Assembly: GCA_036398815.1 (NCBI GenBank)
Contig: DASWOH010000157.1
Coordinates: forward strand, 7,072 to 71,071
Direction of reading: 5' to 3'
DNA length: 64,000 nt
DNA from: Rhizobium sp.
GTDB taxonomy: Bacteria; Pseudomonadota; Alphaproteobacteria; Rhizobiales; Rhizobiaceae
Numbering within the stretch: position 1 is the stretch's first letter; every line of letters starts with the position of its first letter. Made by a program: the position numbers and the translations under genes. The notes under the pieces were generated by a model. The model saw only the letters and a program-made list of their open reading frames with translations. It was not told the origin of the DNA and searched no databases. Of the stretch, positions 1-9,574 are shown one piece after another.

Positions 1-601
1 GGTGAAAATGGTTAAGCTCCAGCGAGATGCCGTCGATGTTGCCGGCGCGCATCGACTCGATCAGGGCGATCGGACGGTGATATACGATCGCTTCCGTCTG
101 CAGGCGCGGTTCGATCTGCTTCACGCGTTGCAGATCGAGATGGTCGAAGGAGGAAATGGCGATATGAGCGAAGGCGTCGGCGTCCTTGATCACCTCGATC
201 ATGACATCCGTCATTCGATCCGGACGCCCACGTTCCTTCATCTCGACGGCAAGACGCGTGTCGGTCTGTTTGGCCCAGCCAACGACCTCGGCGAATGTCG
301 GAACGCGCGTTCCGGCAAAACGCGGGTCGAACTTCACACCGGCGTCCAGTGTCAGGATATCGTCCAGATCGTGATCGGCAACCAGGCCCCAGCTATCGGT
401 GGTGCGGGCGAGTGTCAGGTCATGCATGACGACCACCTGATCGTCGCGAGTCAGCACCAGATCGATCTCGGATTCATTGGCGCCGGCATCCACACCCTTC
501 TGATAGGCGAGGATCGTATTTTCCGGAAAATGCCGGCTGAAGCCGCGATGGGCTGAGATACGAAGCGATCCATGACGGGCGGCGTGAAGGGGCAAAGGCA
601 C
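1..601 (-). CDS. Glycerophosphodiester phosphodiesterase family protein (3' end runs off the window)
   Basis: Manual translation of the minus strand from GTG at 601 (AGGAG RBS upstream): ...ISAHRGFSRHFPENTILAYQKGVDAGANESEIDLVLTRDDQVVVMHDLTLARTT..., the GDPD HRG/PENT/ExD/HD motifs. Not listed in the ORF track. Confidence 0.9.
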   Translation of the reverse strand, partial: MPLPLHAARHGSLRISAHRGFSRHFPENTILAYQKGVDAGANESEIDLVLTRDDQVVVMHDLTLARTTDSWGLVADHDLDDILTLDAGVKFDPRFAGTRVPTFAEVVGWAKQTDTRLAVEMKERGRPDRMTDVMIEVIKDADAFAHIAISSFDHLDLQRVKQIEPRLQTEAIVYHRPIALIESMRAGNIDGISLELNHFH

Positions 602-637
602 GGGAATTCTCCTTGGGTTATAAAAGGCTCTTGAAGT

Positions 638-1531
638 TCAGTGCAGCGTCGGGTCGAACGCGTCACGCAGGTAGTCGCCAATCAGGCTGATCGACAGCGA
701 CAGCAGAAAGATCGCAATCCCCGGCAGCGTCGATATCCACCACTCGGTCATCACATAGTCTCGGCCCGAGCCGACCATGCTGCCGAGACTGACCATCGGC
801 GGCTGGATGCCGAGGCCAAGGAAACTCAACGCCGATTCCTGCATCAGGATGTCGGGTAGGACCACCGTCAGATTGACCAGCACCACCGAGAGGATGTTCG
901 GCAGGACATGCATGACGGCAATGCGCGCCGTGCTCGACCCGTTGCGTTTCAGCGCCGCGACGTAGCCGCGCTCCAGCTCCAGGCCGGTCATCGTGCGGAC
1001 CAATCGGGCATAGCGCTCCCAGCCATAGAGGCCGAGCAGTGCCATGAAGAGCCAGAGATTGTCGCCGAAGAAGGCAAGGACGGCGAGCGCGATGATCAGG
1101 AAGGGCATCGAGGCTTGAAAATCCACCGCGACGCGGATCAGCATGTCGGCAAAGCCGCGACGAAACGCAGCCAGCAGCCCAAGCGTTGTGCCGAGCATCA
1201 GGCTGATCACCGACGCGCCAAGCGCGATCAGCAGGCTGGTGCGGACGCCATAGAAGATACGGCTGAGAATATCGCGTCCAAGCTCGTCGGTGCCGAGAAC
1301 ATGCCGGAACGTGCCGCCGAACAATAGCGGCGGCGCCTTGCGGGCGTGCAAGTCGATCTGTGCGAAGCCATAGGGCGCCAGCAGATTGGCGAAGACCGCA
1401 AGCACGATGAAGATGATGAGAATGACCAGGCAGATCGCGGTCGTCAGATCCAGTCGCGCGCTGCGTGGCGATTTCTCGGTCTTGGGCTTGGTCAGGCCGT
1501 CCATGCCGGTGGTCGCATTCGTCATGGTCAT
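638..1531 (-). CDS. Peptide/nickel-type ABC transporter permease (DppC/OppC-like)
   Basis: HVLGTDELGRDILSRIFYG, EAA-like loop, ESALSFLGLGIQPP..SLG, GDYLRDAFDP terminus. Confidence 0.93.
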   Translation of the reverse strand: MTMTNATTGMDGLTKPKTEKSPRSARLDLTTAICLVILIIFIVLAVFANLLAPYGFAQIDLHARKAPPLLFGGTFRHVLGTDELGRDILSRIFYGVRTSLLIALGASVISLMLGTTLGLLAAFRRGFADMLIRVAVDFQASMPFLIIALAVLAFFGDNLWLFMALLGLYGWERYARLVRTMTGLELERGYVAALKRNGSSTARIAVMHVLPNILSVVLVNLTVVLPDILMQESALSFLGLGIQPPMVSLGSMVGSGRDYVMTEWWISTLPGIAIFLLSLSISLIGDYLRDAFDPTLH

Positions 1532-1549
1532 CCCTTTCGAAAATGCGGA

Positions 1550-2559
1550 TCAAGCTGCCGCCCGATGCCGCAGGCGCGGGTCGGCGAGGATATAGAGGAA
1601 GTCGATGAGCAGGTTGGCGCTCACCATGGTCGCGGTGATGAGGATAACGATGGTCTGGACTATGTTGAGATCGCGCTGCGCCACAGTCGTCAAGGGTGGC
1701 GCCCAAAAGGCCGTATCCGGCACGTTGTCGTAACCGACAACGGAGATATCCGCCGGAATTCTCATTCCTAACTCCCGCAGCAGCGCCACGACCTCGATGG
1801 CAAGGCCGTCGCTGCCGCAGACAAGCGCGGTTGGCCTCGTCGCCGGCGACGCCAACATCTCACGGAACGCCTCGCGATCGATCTCCGCCCTTTCGAAGGA
1901 GATGACATCCCCCTCGAGAGCACCGGCGCTTTCGCTGATCATCTCCCGGAAAATTGATCGGCGATCACTAAGGGCGACCCGGCTTATGCGGTAAACGAAA
2001 GCAATATGGCGGTGTCCGAGTGCTGTCAGATGGTCGAACAGCAAGCGCATGCCGAGCCGATCGTCGGTCAATACCGCGGGCCTCGGACCGGTGAGCCCGC
2101 CGCAGAGCGTGACATGCGCCTTGCCCATCCGATCGAGATGGTCGCAAAGGGCTTCGTGGCCGGGAAGATCGCTGACCATGACGACGCCATCAAAGAAATC
2201 GTCCTGAAACAGGCGCAATTGCCCTGCGACATCGCCGGCATCCGCTTTCGCCTGCGCGACCAGCAGCTCTACACCCCGTTTCTGCGCGACGGCTTGCAGA
2301 CGGCTGGTCAGATGCGGCTGGTAATGCCCGACAGGCTGCCGACAATCGCGCCGAAAACGCCGGTTCGATGAGTTCTGAGCGAGGTAGCCAGCCGGTTGAC
2401 CACATAGCCGACGTCGCGCGCCGTCGCTCTGACGCGCGCCTGCGTCTCAAGGCTGATGCGGGCATCCTCTCGCCCGTTCAAAACACGAGAGACCGTGGCC
2501 GCGGAAACCCCTGCCAGCCGTGCGACTTCCAGAATTCCGATTCTCGCCCGAGTTTTCAT
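1550..2559 (-). pseudogene. LacI-family regulator, frameshifted near 2327 and fused at its 3' end to the last ~40 codons of a DppB/OppB permease
   Basis: HTH ILEVARLAGVSAATVSRVLN stops at TGA 2308-2310. The other frame continues HYQPHLTSRLQAVAQ... into the LacI core (LGHRHIAF, DISVVGYDN, PPLTTVAQ), which then runs into RDLNIVQTIVILITATMVSANLLIDFLYILADPRLR, a DppB C-terminus. Confidence 0.88.
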
Positions 2560-2907
2560 CAAACCACCGAAGCACTCTTCTACCGTGCGGCGACAATGGC
2601 GAAACGACATCGCCAGGGCAAGCCGTCGGCATCGTTATCGAGCGCGGTCACTCGATGGAATTACGTGGACACGGCCGTCGGCACCATCAGGAGTTGGCGC
2701 GAAAGCTGGTTTATGCCTTTCCGGAAAATCAGTTTCACCAGATGTTGACCGGACAACGTCATGTCTTCGCGTTGCCAACCACGAGAATGCCGGTCTAGCT
2801 AGGAACGGCTGGGCCGCTCATGATCGGCCCCCACCATGATCTCCGTTGGCGAGGCCGCACGGCCTGTCTTCACCCTAAGAATTCGATAGTCCAGGAGCTA
2901 CAAGCCT

Positions 2908-3327
2908 ATGTCCGTCACACGCGAAACACTGATCCTGTCCCATGCCGGCGCGATGCAGGCGATCGCCGCCGCCGTCGCCCACGCCGAAAAGATCGCCATC
3001 CCGCAATGCGTCTTCATCGTCGACGCGAGCGGCGAGACCATTGCCAGCATCCGTATGGACGGCGCGAAATATCTGAGCATGCACACGGCTTGCTCCAAGG
3101 CCCGGACCGCCGCCTCGAGCAATGCGCCGACGGGTACCATGGCCTTCGAATTCGGCACCGCCGCCGGCATCGCGTCACAGGGCGGCGTCACACCTCTGCC
3201 GGGTGGCCTGCCCATCCGTTTCGGCGGCCGGCTTGCCGGTGCGATCGGTGTTGGCTCCGGCACCGGCGATCAGGATTTCGAAGTCGCCCGCGCCGCGCTC
3301 GCCGCGATCGGAGCCGACGCCGTCTAA
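2908..3327 (+). CDS. GlcG/HbpS family heme-binding protein
   Basis: IVDASG...RMDGA...KARTA...GGLPI...GAIGVGSGTGDQD; AGGAG RBS upstream. Confidence 0.9.
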   Translation: MSVTRETLILSHAGAMQAIAAAVAHAEKIAIPQCVFIVDASGETIASIRMDGAKYLSMHTACSKARTAASSNAPTGTMAFEFGTAAGIASQGGVTPLPGGLPIRFGGRLAGAIGVGSGTGDQDFEVARAALAAIGADAV

Positions 3328-3569
3328 ACCGAGAGCAGGAGGATTTGTGTGGCAATGCCAAAGCTGGCGTGAATGAGATCACAGGCTGGGCAGCTATTTT
3401 CGACGGGATCCGCAGTCTTGAAGCCGACACGCAGGAGACGACGTTCGCCCGTGGCGAAGGATGCTATCGCTTAGCAGCTAGTCGCAAGACTCGCGCTTCA
3501 ACGATATCAGATAGTTAGCGCTGCACATGATTTGAGAACTGGCAGTTAAACTGAGAATATTGCTGGTCT

Positions 3570-3690
3570 TGAGATCCCATCCGGGGGTGGATAGCGGCCT
3601 GCACCGTGGCAGGATGAGGTCGCTAGAAATCTCTCTGGAGGCCAATCATGCCGATGAAAGCAGAATACGGCCTGATCAGTCCTGACGGAT
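3570..3690 (+). mobile_element. Possible degenerate left-end fragment of an IS110-family element
   Basis: GAGATCCCATCCGG...GGAGGCCAATCATG resembles, from recollection, rhizobial IS110 left ends leading to a transposase start; no transposase follows. Confidence 0.3.
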
Positions 3691-3701
3691 CCAGATGAAC
3701 C

Positions 3702-4150
3702 TGTGTGGGCGCCCCGGCAAATGCCAGCAAAATCTTACTTCAGTATAGGCATGTGGTCGGGTGCTAACGTGTGTCCGGCCTCGTAAAGCGACATCAATAC
3801 GTCGCGGCCCTCATGGAATACGTGAATCGGATTCAATTCGGACCGGCGTGCTCAAGGCACTCGTCCACCTTCTTCCGATTCCGTTTCTGACCGATTGCCC
3901 ATAATCCTCCGTCAGACCTCACCATACTCCCGACGTCTCGCGACCTCTGGCTCTGCCTTATGCAGCGCCAGAGGTCGGAGCTTGATAGACGTCACCGTGA
4001 GCCATCAGAGCCCAAGCGGTACGCGCCAGTTTATTTGCCACAGCAACCGCAACAAGCTTCGGCGGCTTCTTCAAAAGCATTCTTGCCAACCATGACCCGG
4101 CCGGTGCTCCGTGTCGCCTCGCCCAGCGGACAACAGCGGTCGCGCCGAGA
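3702..4150 (-). mobile_element. IS110-family (IS1111 group) remnant: transposase C-terminus plus complete right-end non-coding region
   Basis: Minus frame GATAVVRWARRHGAPAGSWLARMLLKKPPKLVAVAVANKLARTAWALMAHGDVYQAPTSGAA* (stop ~3958), then a ~250-nt NCR ending in GGGGCGCCCACACA (subterminal IR, 3702-3715). Confidence 0.85.
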
Positions 4151-4266
4151 AACAGCGTTGCATGATTTCTCGCTTGGGTACGAGGTTACGGCGAAGGAGC
4201 TCGTACGTGAACTCTGCCTCGGCAGAAATCCGCCAACTAACCCCAAAGCTGAAGAATTCGTAAGGT

Positions 4267-5214
4267 TTAATTCTCCCGCGCCTCAATGAAGCCGAGCAGA
4301 ATCGCCACTGTCAGTGCTGCCAAGTATGAGGTGGCACCGGTTTTAACGTCTAGCAGTGGATTGACCTCTACAAGATCGAAGCCAACTGTGGTGAACCTCT
4401 TGGTGATCAGTTCCAGCAAGGACAGCATCTCAGCAAAGGAGGGTCCATCAGGTTCGGCTGATACGCAGCCGGGGACGAGCGGCCCGTCATAGGCATCGAT
4501 GTCGATGCTGAGATAGATTTTCGCCCCTGCGGGAATGTGGAAAATAGCTGACGCCGGACCATTCTGCCGGAGTTCCGGCATGGTGACGATGCGGCTTCCG
4601 TCCGCCTTAGCTTTGCGAAAGTCCGCCGGATTGGTTCGATAGCTGCGGATGCCGATTTGAGTGAGGCTCTGAACATTCCGCAGTTCGTTGATTTGCCGGA
4701 AGCCTTGGCCGTTGCCGTAGCGAAATTCGTCGTCATAGGTTCCATAGTCGATATGGGAATCGAGCTGGATGACGTGCATGTCTTCCTCGAACGCTCTCAC
4801 GGCGGGAAATGTGATAGCGTGATCGCCGCCCAGCATGACCGGGATTGCGCCGCGTGACCGAAGCCTCTTCACCATATCGGTGAGCCTAGCGAAGGTCCGG
4901 GCAGGGCTGCTCGGGACGATGTCGACGTCGCCGATATCGGCCAGTTTTCCCTGGCGCACAACGTCCGTCAGATAGGCTGTTTCGGTCGCCGGATCGAAAA
5001 TGCCTTCGGGACTGAAGCGTAACGAATGCTCGCGGATGGATCTTGGCCCGAAGCGGGACCCTGGGAGGAAAGGCGACCCCTCGTCATAAGGAACGCCGAA
5101 GACTGCATACCGGGCATCGAGCGCGTCGATGTCGGAGCAGTAATTGCTGCGAAGGAAGGTGGGAATGCCCACATAGCCGCGATTGAGCCGACCGTCATCA
5201 CCCAGCATGTTCAT
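4267..5214 (-). CDS. Ureohydrolase (agmatinase/arginase family)
   Basis: GGDHAIT, DSHID, SIDIDAYD, DLVEVNP motifs. Confidence 0.9.
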   Translation of the reverse strand: MNMLGDDGRLNRGYVGIPTFLRSNYCSDIDALDARYAVFGVPYDEGSPFLPGSRFGPRSIREHSLRFSPEGIFDPATETAYLTDVVRQGKLADIGDVDIVPSSPARTFARLTDMVKRLRSRGAIPVMLGGDHAITFPAVRAFEEDMHVIQLDSHIDYGTYDDEFRYGNGQGFRQINELRNVQSLTQIGIRSYRTNPADFRKAKADGSRIVTMPELRQNGPASAIFHIPAGAKIYLSIDIDAYDGPLVPGCVSAEPDGPSFAEMLSLLELITKRFTTVGFDLVEVNPLLDVKTGATSYLAALTVAILLGFIEAREN

Positions 5215-5240
5215 GATGTTCTCCTGCTATTTCTCGATGC

Positions 5241-6011
5241 TCAACGGGCCATGATACCGAGCAGGCTCTGCAGCCGCTCGGTCTTCGGTGCGCTCATCAG
5301 TTCCTTGGGTGGACCGGCTTCGACGATCTCGCCCTTGTCCATGAAAACGAGATGGTTTCCGAAATTGCGGATGAAGCCCATCTCATGGGTCACGCAGATC
5401 ATCGTCATGCCTTGGGCGACAAGGTCCTGCAGGACCGCAAGCACCTCCCGAACCAGTTCAGGGTCAAGCGCCGAGGTCGGCTCGTCGAGCAGCATGAGTT
5501 CGGGCTTCATCACCAGCGCCCGCGCGATCTACACGCGCTGCTGCTGGCCTCCGGAAAGCTCACCGGGATAGGAGCCTGTCTTCGCGCAGAGCCCCAACTT
5601 TTCCAGCATTTCGGCAGCGTTCTGGCGCGCCTCGGACCACGTTTTCTTCTGCACGCGCACCAGGGGAAGTGCGACATTGTCGAGGGCAGTCCTGTTGGAC
5701 CAAAGATTGAACTGCTGAAATACGAAGCCGATGCGGGCTCTCAGCTGTGTCAACTCCCGCTCCGACTGATACCGCCAGCGCCCTTCGACTTGCGGCACAC
5801 GTCCGATGAACTCCCCACGCAGATTGACTGAGCCGTCGTCGATCGTCTCAAGCCCGTTGATGCAGCGCAGGAGGGAGCTCTTGCCGCATCCGCTTCTCCC
5901 AATGATGCCCACCACATCGCCCGGGCGAACTTCCAGGCTGACACGGTTCAGGACGCGGATCGGGCCGTAGGATTTAACGAGCTTGTCGATTGTCAGGATC
6001 GGGGCCTTCAT
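5241..6011 (-). pseudogene. Polar amino-acid ABC transporter ATPase interrupted by an in-frame TAG
   Basis: GRSGCGKS Walker A; LSGGQQQRV-TAG(5529-5531)-IARALVMKPELMLLDEPTSALDPE continues in the same frame. Confidence 0.9.
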
Positions 6012-6724
6012 GCGCGCCTCCCGGCATCGAGCGTCAGATATTTGCGAGCTACCGGACTACGATAGGCAGCAGCGAGTTCGGAGACACCGAGCCGTCTCTC
6101 CGCCTGCCTGAAGAGTTGCGAGATCAGGGCCGTATACGCCCAGTACAGGCCGGCCACGGCGAAGAAGACCTCGAAAGGGGCGAACGTCATGCCCTGAACG
6201 ATCAGGCCCTGGTAGGTGAGTTCGGCCACCGTGATCGTGCTGAGAATGGAAGATTCCTTGACGGTCATGGTCGTCGTGCCGGCCATGGGCGGCAGCGCGA
6301 ACTTCCACATCTGCGGGATGACGATGTCTCTGAGCGTCTGCGCGAAGGTGAAGCCCATGGCGCGCGCCGCCTCCACCTGTCCTCGAGGTACGGCCGCCAT
6401 CGCGCCACGAATGATCTCACCATAATAGGCGGACGCGAACAGGGAGAGCGCGATCGTGCCGGCCGCCTGTTCAGGAAGCCTGATCCCCGCAAACGGCAAG
6501 CCATAGAAGAAGATGAACAGCAGGATGATGAACGGGATGTTGCGCAGCACTTCGACGTAGACACTCGCCGCGACGCGAAGCGCGCGAAACCGGCTGGTCC
6601 TGACGAGAGCGACGCCAAAGGCGATACAAAAGCCGAGGATGATCGCTGCGATGGAGACCTGGATGGTCATCCAGATGCCCTTCGCGAACAGAGGCCAGTT
6701 GTTGGCGATAACACTGAAATCCAT
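6008..6724 (-). CDS. Polar amino-acid ABC transporter permease
   Basis: YVEVLRNIP, EIIRGAMAAVPRGQVEAARAMG; start re-called at MDFSV (GGAGG RBS). Confidence 0.92.
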   Translation of the reverse strand: MDFSVIANNWPLFAKGIWMTIQVSIAAIILGFCIAFGVALVRTSRFRALRVAASVYVEVLRNIPFIILLFIFFYGLPFAGIRLPEQAAGTIALSLFASAYYGEIIRGAMAAVPRGQVEAARAMGFTFAQTLRDIVIPQMWKFALPPMAGTTTMTVKESSILSTITVAELTYQGLIVQGMTFAPFEVFFAVAGLYWAYTALISQLFRQAERRLGVSELAAAYRSPVARKYLTLDAGRRA

Positions 6725-6735
6725 GTCGCCCCTCC

Positions 6736-7398
6736 TTATGCGCCGTGCCGCAACGCGAAGCGACGTTCGAGCCAGAGGCCGGCCTGGCTGATGACAAGAC
6801 TCATACCCAGGAAGACCAGTCCTGCCGCGGCGAAGGTTTCGAATGGGCGAAAGCTGCTGGAGCCGATCTGTTGGGCGGTACGGAAAACTTCGACGACTGT
6901 GATGACTGCCAGAAGCGCGGTGCCCTTCACGACGATCGTGCATTCGTTGACGATGGCTGGCAGCGAACGGATGTAGAGCTGCGGCAGGATCACCTTGAGC
7001 CAGATTGCCTGCGATTTGAGGCCAAGCGACGCAGCCGCCTCAATCTGCCCGGCGGGAATGCTGGCCAGTGCGCCGCGGAAGATCTCGGACATGAAGGCGG
7101 CGTTGTTCGCGGTGATCGCGAGAACACCTGCGGTAACGGGACCGAGCTTGATGCCGATGGCGGGCAGTGCATAGAAGGCCAGAAAGATCTGCACCAGCAG
7201 TGGGGTGCCGCGAATGAAACTGATGTAAAGCCCGATCGCCATGTTGACGGGTCGGATCTTGAAGGCTCGCATGACGGTCAGGAGCGTGCCGACGATGATC
7301 GAAAAGAAGATGGTGATGGCCGCCACGCGGATGGTCACGCCTGCTGCCGAAAGCAACGCCGGTATGGTTGAGAACATGAACTCGAAATTGAATTCCAT
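6736..7398 (-). CDS. Polar amino-acid ABC transporter permease
   Basis: FIRGTPLLVQ, SEIFRGALASIPAGQIEAAASLG. Confidence 0.92.
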   Translation of the reverse strand: MEFNFEFMFSTIPALLSAAGVTIRVAAITIFFSIIVGTLLTVMRAFKIRPVNMAIGLYISFIRGTPLLVQIFLAFYALPAIGIKLGPVTAGVLAITANNAAFMSEIFRGALASIPAGQIEAAASLGLKSQAIWLKVILPQLYIRSLPAIVNECTIVVKGTALLAVITVVEVFRTAQQIGSSSFRPFETFAAAGLVFLGMSLVISQAGLWLERRFALRHGA

Positions 7399-7464
7399 AA
7401 GGCGGCTCCGGAGTGGCAGGCTATTGCAAAGGGCCGACCGGAGCCCACCCCTTGCGTCGAGTGA

Positions 7465-8328
7465 TCAGAGGGCGCCTTCTGGCAAGTAGCCGCTGTTCGG
7501 CGTATCCATCTTGAAGCCGAACCATTTCTCCTGCAGCTCGCCCATCTTGCCGCTCTTGTCGAGTTCGACGAAGAATTTGCTGACGAAATCACGGAAGTCA
7601 CCGTCTTCAGGACGCGCCACCCAGGCGAGATAGCTCTTCTGGTCGGTGAGCGGACCCATCAGCTTGAATACGCCCTGACGTTCCTTGACCAGCACGGCGA
7701 GCGCAGGCCCGGATTGCAGCACCGCGTCGATCGAACCATTGGCAAGCGCCACATAGGTCTCCGGATAGGAGGTGAACAGCTTCAACTCGGAGAAGCCTTC
7801 CTTTCCGGCAGCCTTCATCTTCTCGTCGAAGCCACGTGCAACCGGCTCGCTGGCCGACGCCATCTGCGTGCCGAGCACCTTGCCGTTCAGATCCTCGGGC
7901 GTCTTCAGCGTGTCGGCATCGCCGGCACGGATCATCACGGTCTGGGCGGAGACTGCGATCGGACGGGTATAGGCATAGCGCTTGGCGCGCTCGGCATTGA
8001 TGCCAACCGAGGTCGCGACGAAATCGAACTGGCCGGCGCTGAGACCCGGCAGAATGCCCTGGAACGGCAGGTCGAGCTGTTCGAGGGCGACCTCCTTGCC
8101 GACTTCCTTCGACAGTGCCTGCATCAGGAGATCAAGAAGATCCTTACCGTATCCGACGATCTTACCGTCCTTCGTGAATTCGAAGGGAGGATAAGACGCC
8201 TCGGTTGCAACGGTCAGCTTGCCGGTTTCCTTGATCTTGTCCATGACCGGCCCGGCGAGAGCGGTGACAGGCAGAGCGAAGAGAGCAGCCGCGACGCCGG
8301 CTGCCTTCATGAAGTTCGGGAATGCCAT
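7465..8328 (-). CDS. Amino-acid ABC transporter substrate-binding protein (family 3)
   Basis: Signal peptide, TEASYPPFEF, ERAKRYAYTRP. Confidence 0.92.
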   Translation of the reverse strand: MAFPNFMKAAGVAAALFALPVTALAGPVMDKIKETGKLTVATEASYPPFEFTKDGKIVGYGKDLLDLLMQALSKEVGKEVALEQLDLPFQGILPGLSAGQFDFVATSVGINAERAKRYAYTRPIAVSAQTVMIRAGDADTLKTPEDLNGKVLGTQMASASEPVARGFDEKMKAAGKEGFSELKLFTSYPETYVALANGSIDAVLQSGPALAVLVKERQGVFKLMGPLTDQKSYLAWVARPEDGDFRDFVSKFFVELDKSGKMGELQEKWFGFKMDTPNSGYLPEGAL

Positions 8329-8363
8329 GATGTTCTCCTATGGTGGTCTTGTCTTATCGTTGG

Positions 8364-9311
8364 TTATTTGAAGTAGCCGGCGCGGACAGTCGTACCGATC
8401 AGGTTGAAGATGAAGCGCCCGGCAGCAATCAGCGTCCGACGATTATGGTCACGGTCAGGAGCGATCTCGACGATGTCCATGCCGATCATATTGCCCTTCT
8501 GGACAAGCCCCTTAATCAGCGTCAGCATCTGCGGATAGAGCAGGCCGCCGAATGCCGGGCCGAGAACCGCTGGCATTAGCGACGGGTCCATGCCGTCGGC
8601 ATCGACCGTCAGATAATAGTTGCCGCCGTCCGGGATGCGATCAAGGATCGCCTTCATGCCGACATCGTGAACTTCCTGCGCGGTGATGAGGTTGGCGCCG
8701 TAGGCGAGAGCCGCCTCGTATTCTTCCGTACGGCCACTGCCGGAAGCACGCAGGCCGATCTGGAAAATATCGCCGATGTGATCCATTTCCGATGCACGGC
8801 GGATCGGGCTCGACAGGCCTTGGGTCACGCCGTTTATTTCCTGGCGCCAGTCGAGATGGGCATCGACCTGGATCAGCGTGATTGGCTTGCCGAGTTCGGC
8901 GAGCGCCTTGAAGATTGGAATCGGTGTCGAATGGTCGCCGCCCATGACGATCGGCATGGCGCTGGCCTTCAGGATCTTGCGGACGGCGAGCTCCGCGTTT
9001 TTCTGGTGCACGGTCGGGTCAGACGGATGGCCGGCGACGTTCCCGCAATCGACCAATTTGATCGGCTGGTTGTCGAGCAACGTGCCGCCAAGATCGAAAT
9101 CGAAATGATCGAGGCCGCGAACGATACGGTCGGTCGCTCGACGCAGAGCATCCGGAAATTTGGACTGTTCGCTGGAAATCGCGAACTGATCGTAGGCAGC
9201 GCCATAAGGAATGCCCAGAAACGCGATGTGCGCGTCGAGCTGCTCGATGTCGTAGCAGGGCTTGGAGTAGAGCAGAGTTTCGTGAACGGGCGCGGGTTTG
9301 GCGGTAAGCAA
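8364..9311 (-). CDS. Ureohydrolase (agmatinase/arginase family), second paralog
   Basis: GGDHSTP, DAHLD, TVDADGMDP, DIVEIAP; TTG start 6 nt after GGAG. Confidence 0.9.
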   Translation of the reverse strand: MLTAKPAPVHETLLYSKPCYDIEQLDAHIAFLGIPYGAAYDQFAISSEQSKFPDALRRATDRIVRGLDHFDFDLGGTLLDNQPIKLVDCGNVAGHPSDPTVHQKNAELAVRKILKASAMPIVMGGDHSTPIPIFKALAELGKPITLIQVDAHLDWRQEINGVTQGLSSPIRRASEMDHIGDIFQIGLRASGSGRTEEYEAALAYGANLITAQEVHDVGMKAILDRIPDGGNYYLTVDADGMDPSLMPAVLGPAFGGLLYPQMLTLIKGLVQKGNMIGMDIVEIAPDRDHNRRTLIAAGRFIFNLIGTTVRAGYFK

Positions 9312-9574
9312 AGCATTCTCCTTCTCGAAAGATTGGGGGGCAGGATGAGGATAATGAAAAAAATTACAATGACGTCGGTCGGCACAACGACCCCGCTCTT
9401 TACGTTGGCAATTGTTTCAGGCTCGGTCTAACCTTCTGAAAACGAATACTGTTATCGATCAGAGTTGCTGCAGAGCCTGGGAAGGAATGGCCTAACTAAC
9501 CTCCTATCTTGAAATTAATTCATATTAACTGCATACATACCTCGCAGTTGCCTAAATTTTGGACCTTGCTTTTC

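Noticed and set aside
2-556. 184-aa plus-strand ORF
   Set aside because: Antisense shadow of the minus-strand GDPD gene, which carries clear family motifs.
2640-2900. Possible gene remnant upstream of glcG with a CTAGCTAG (2795-2802) IS-footprint-like duplication
   Set aside because: No frame gives a recognisable protein, even after removing one CTAG; evidence is insufficient.
9305-9320. ATGCTTTGCTT looks like a 5-bp duplication frameshifting the ureohydrolase start
   Set aside because: The TTG at 9311 is in frame and optimally spaced from GGAG, whereas the ATG is too close to the RBS; the gene is probably intact.
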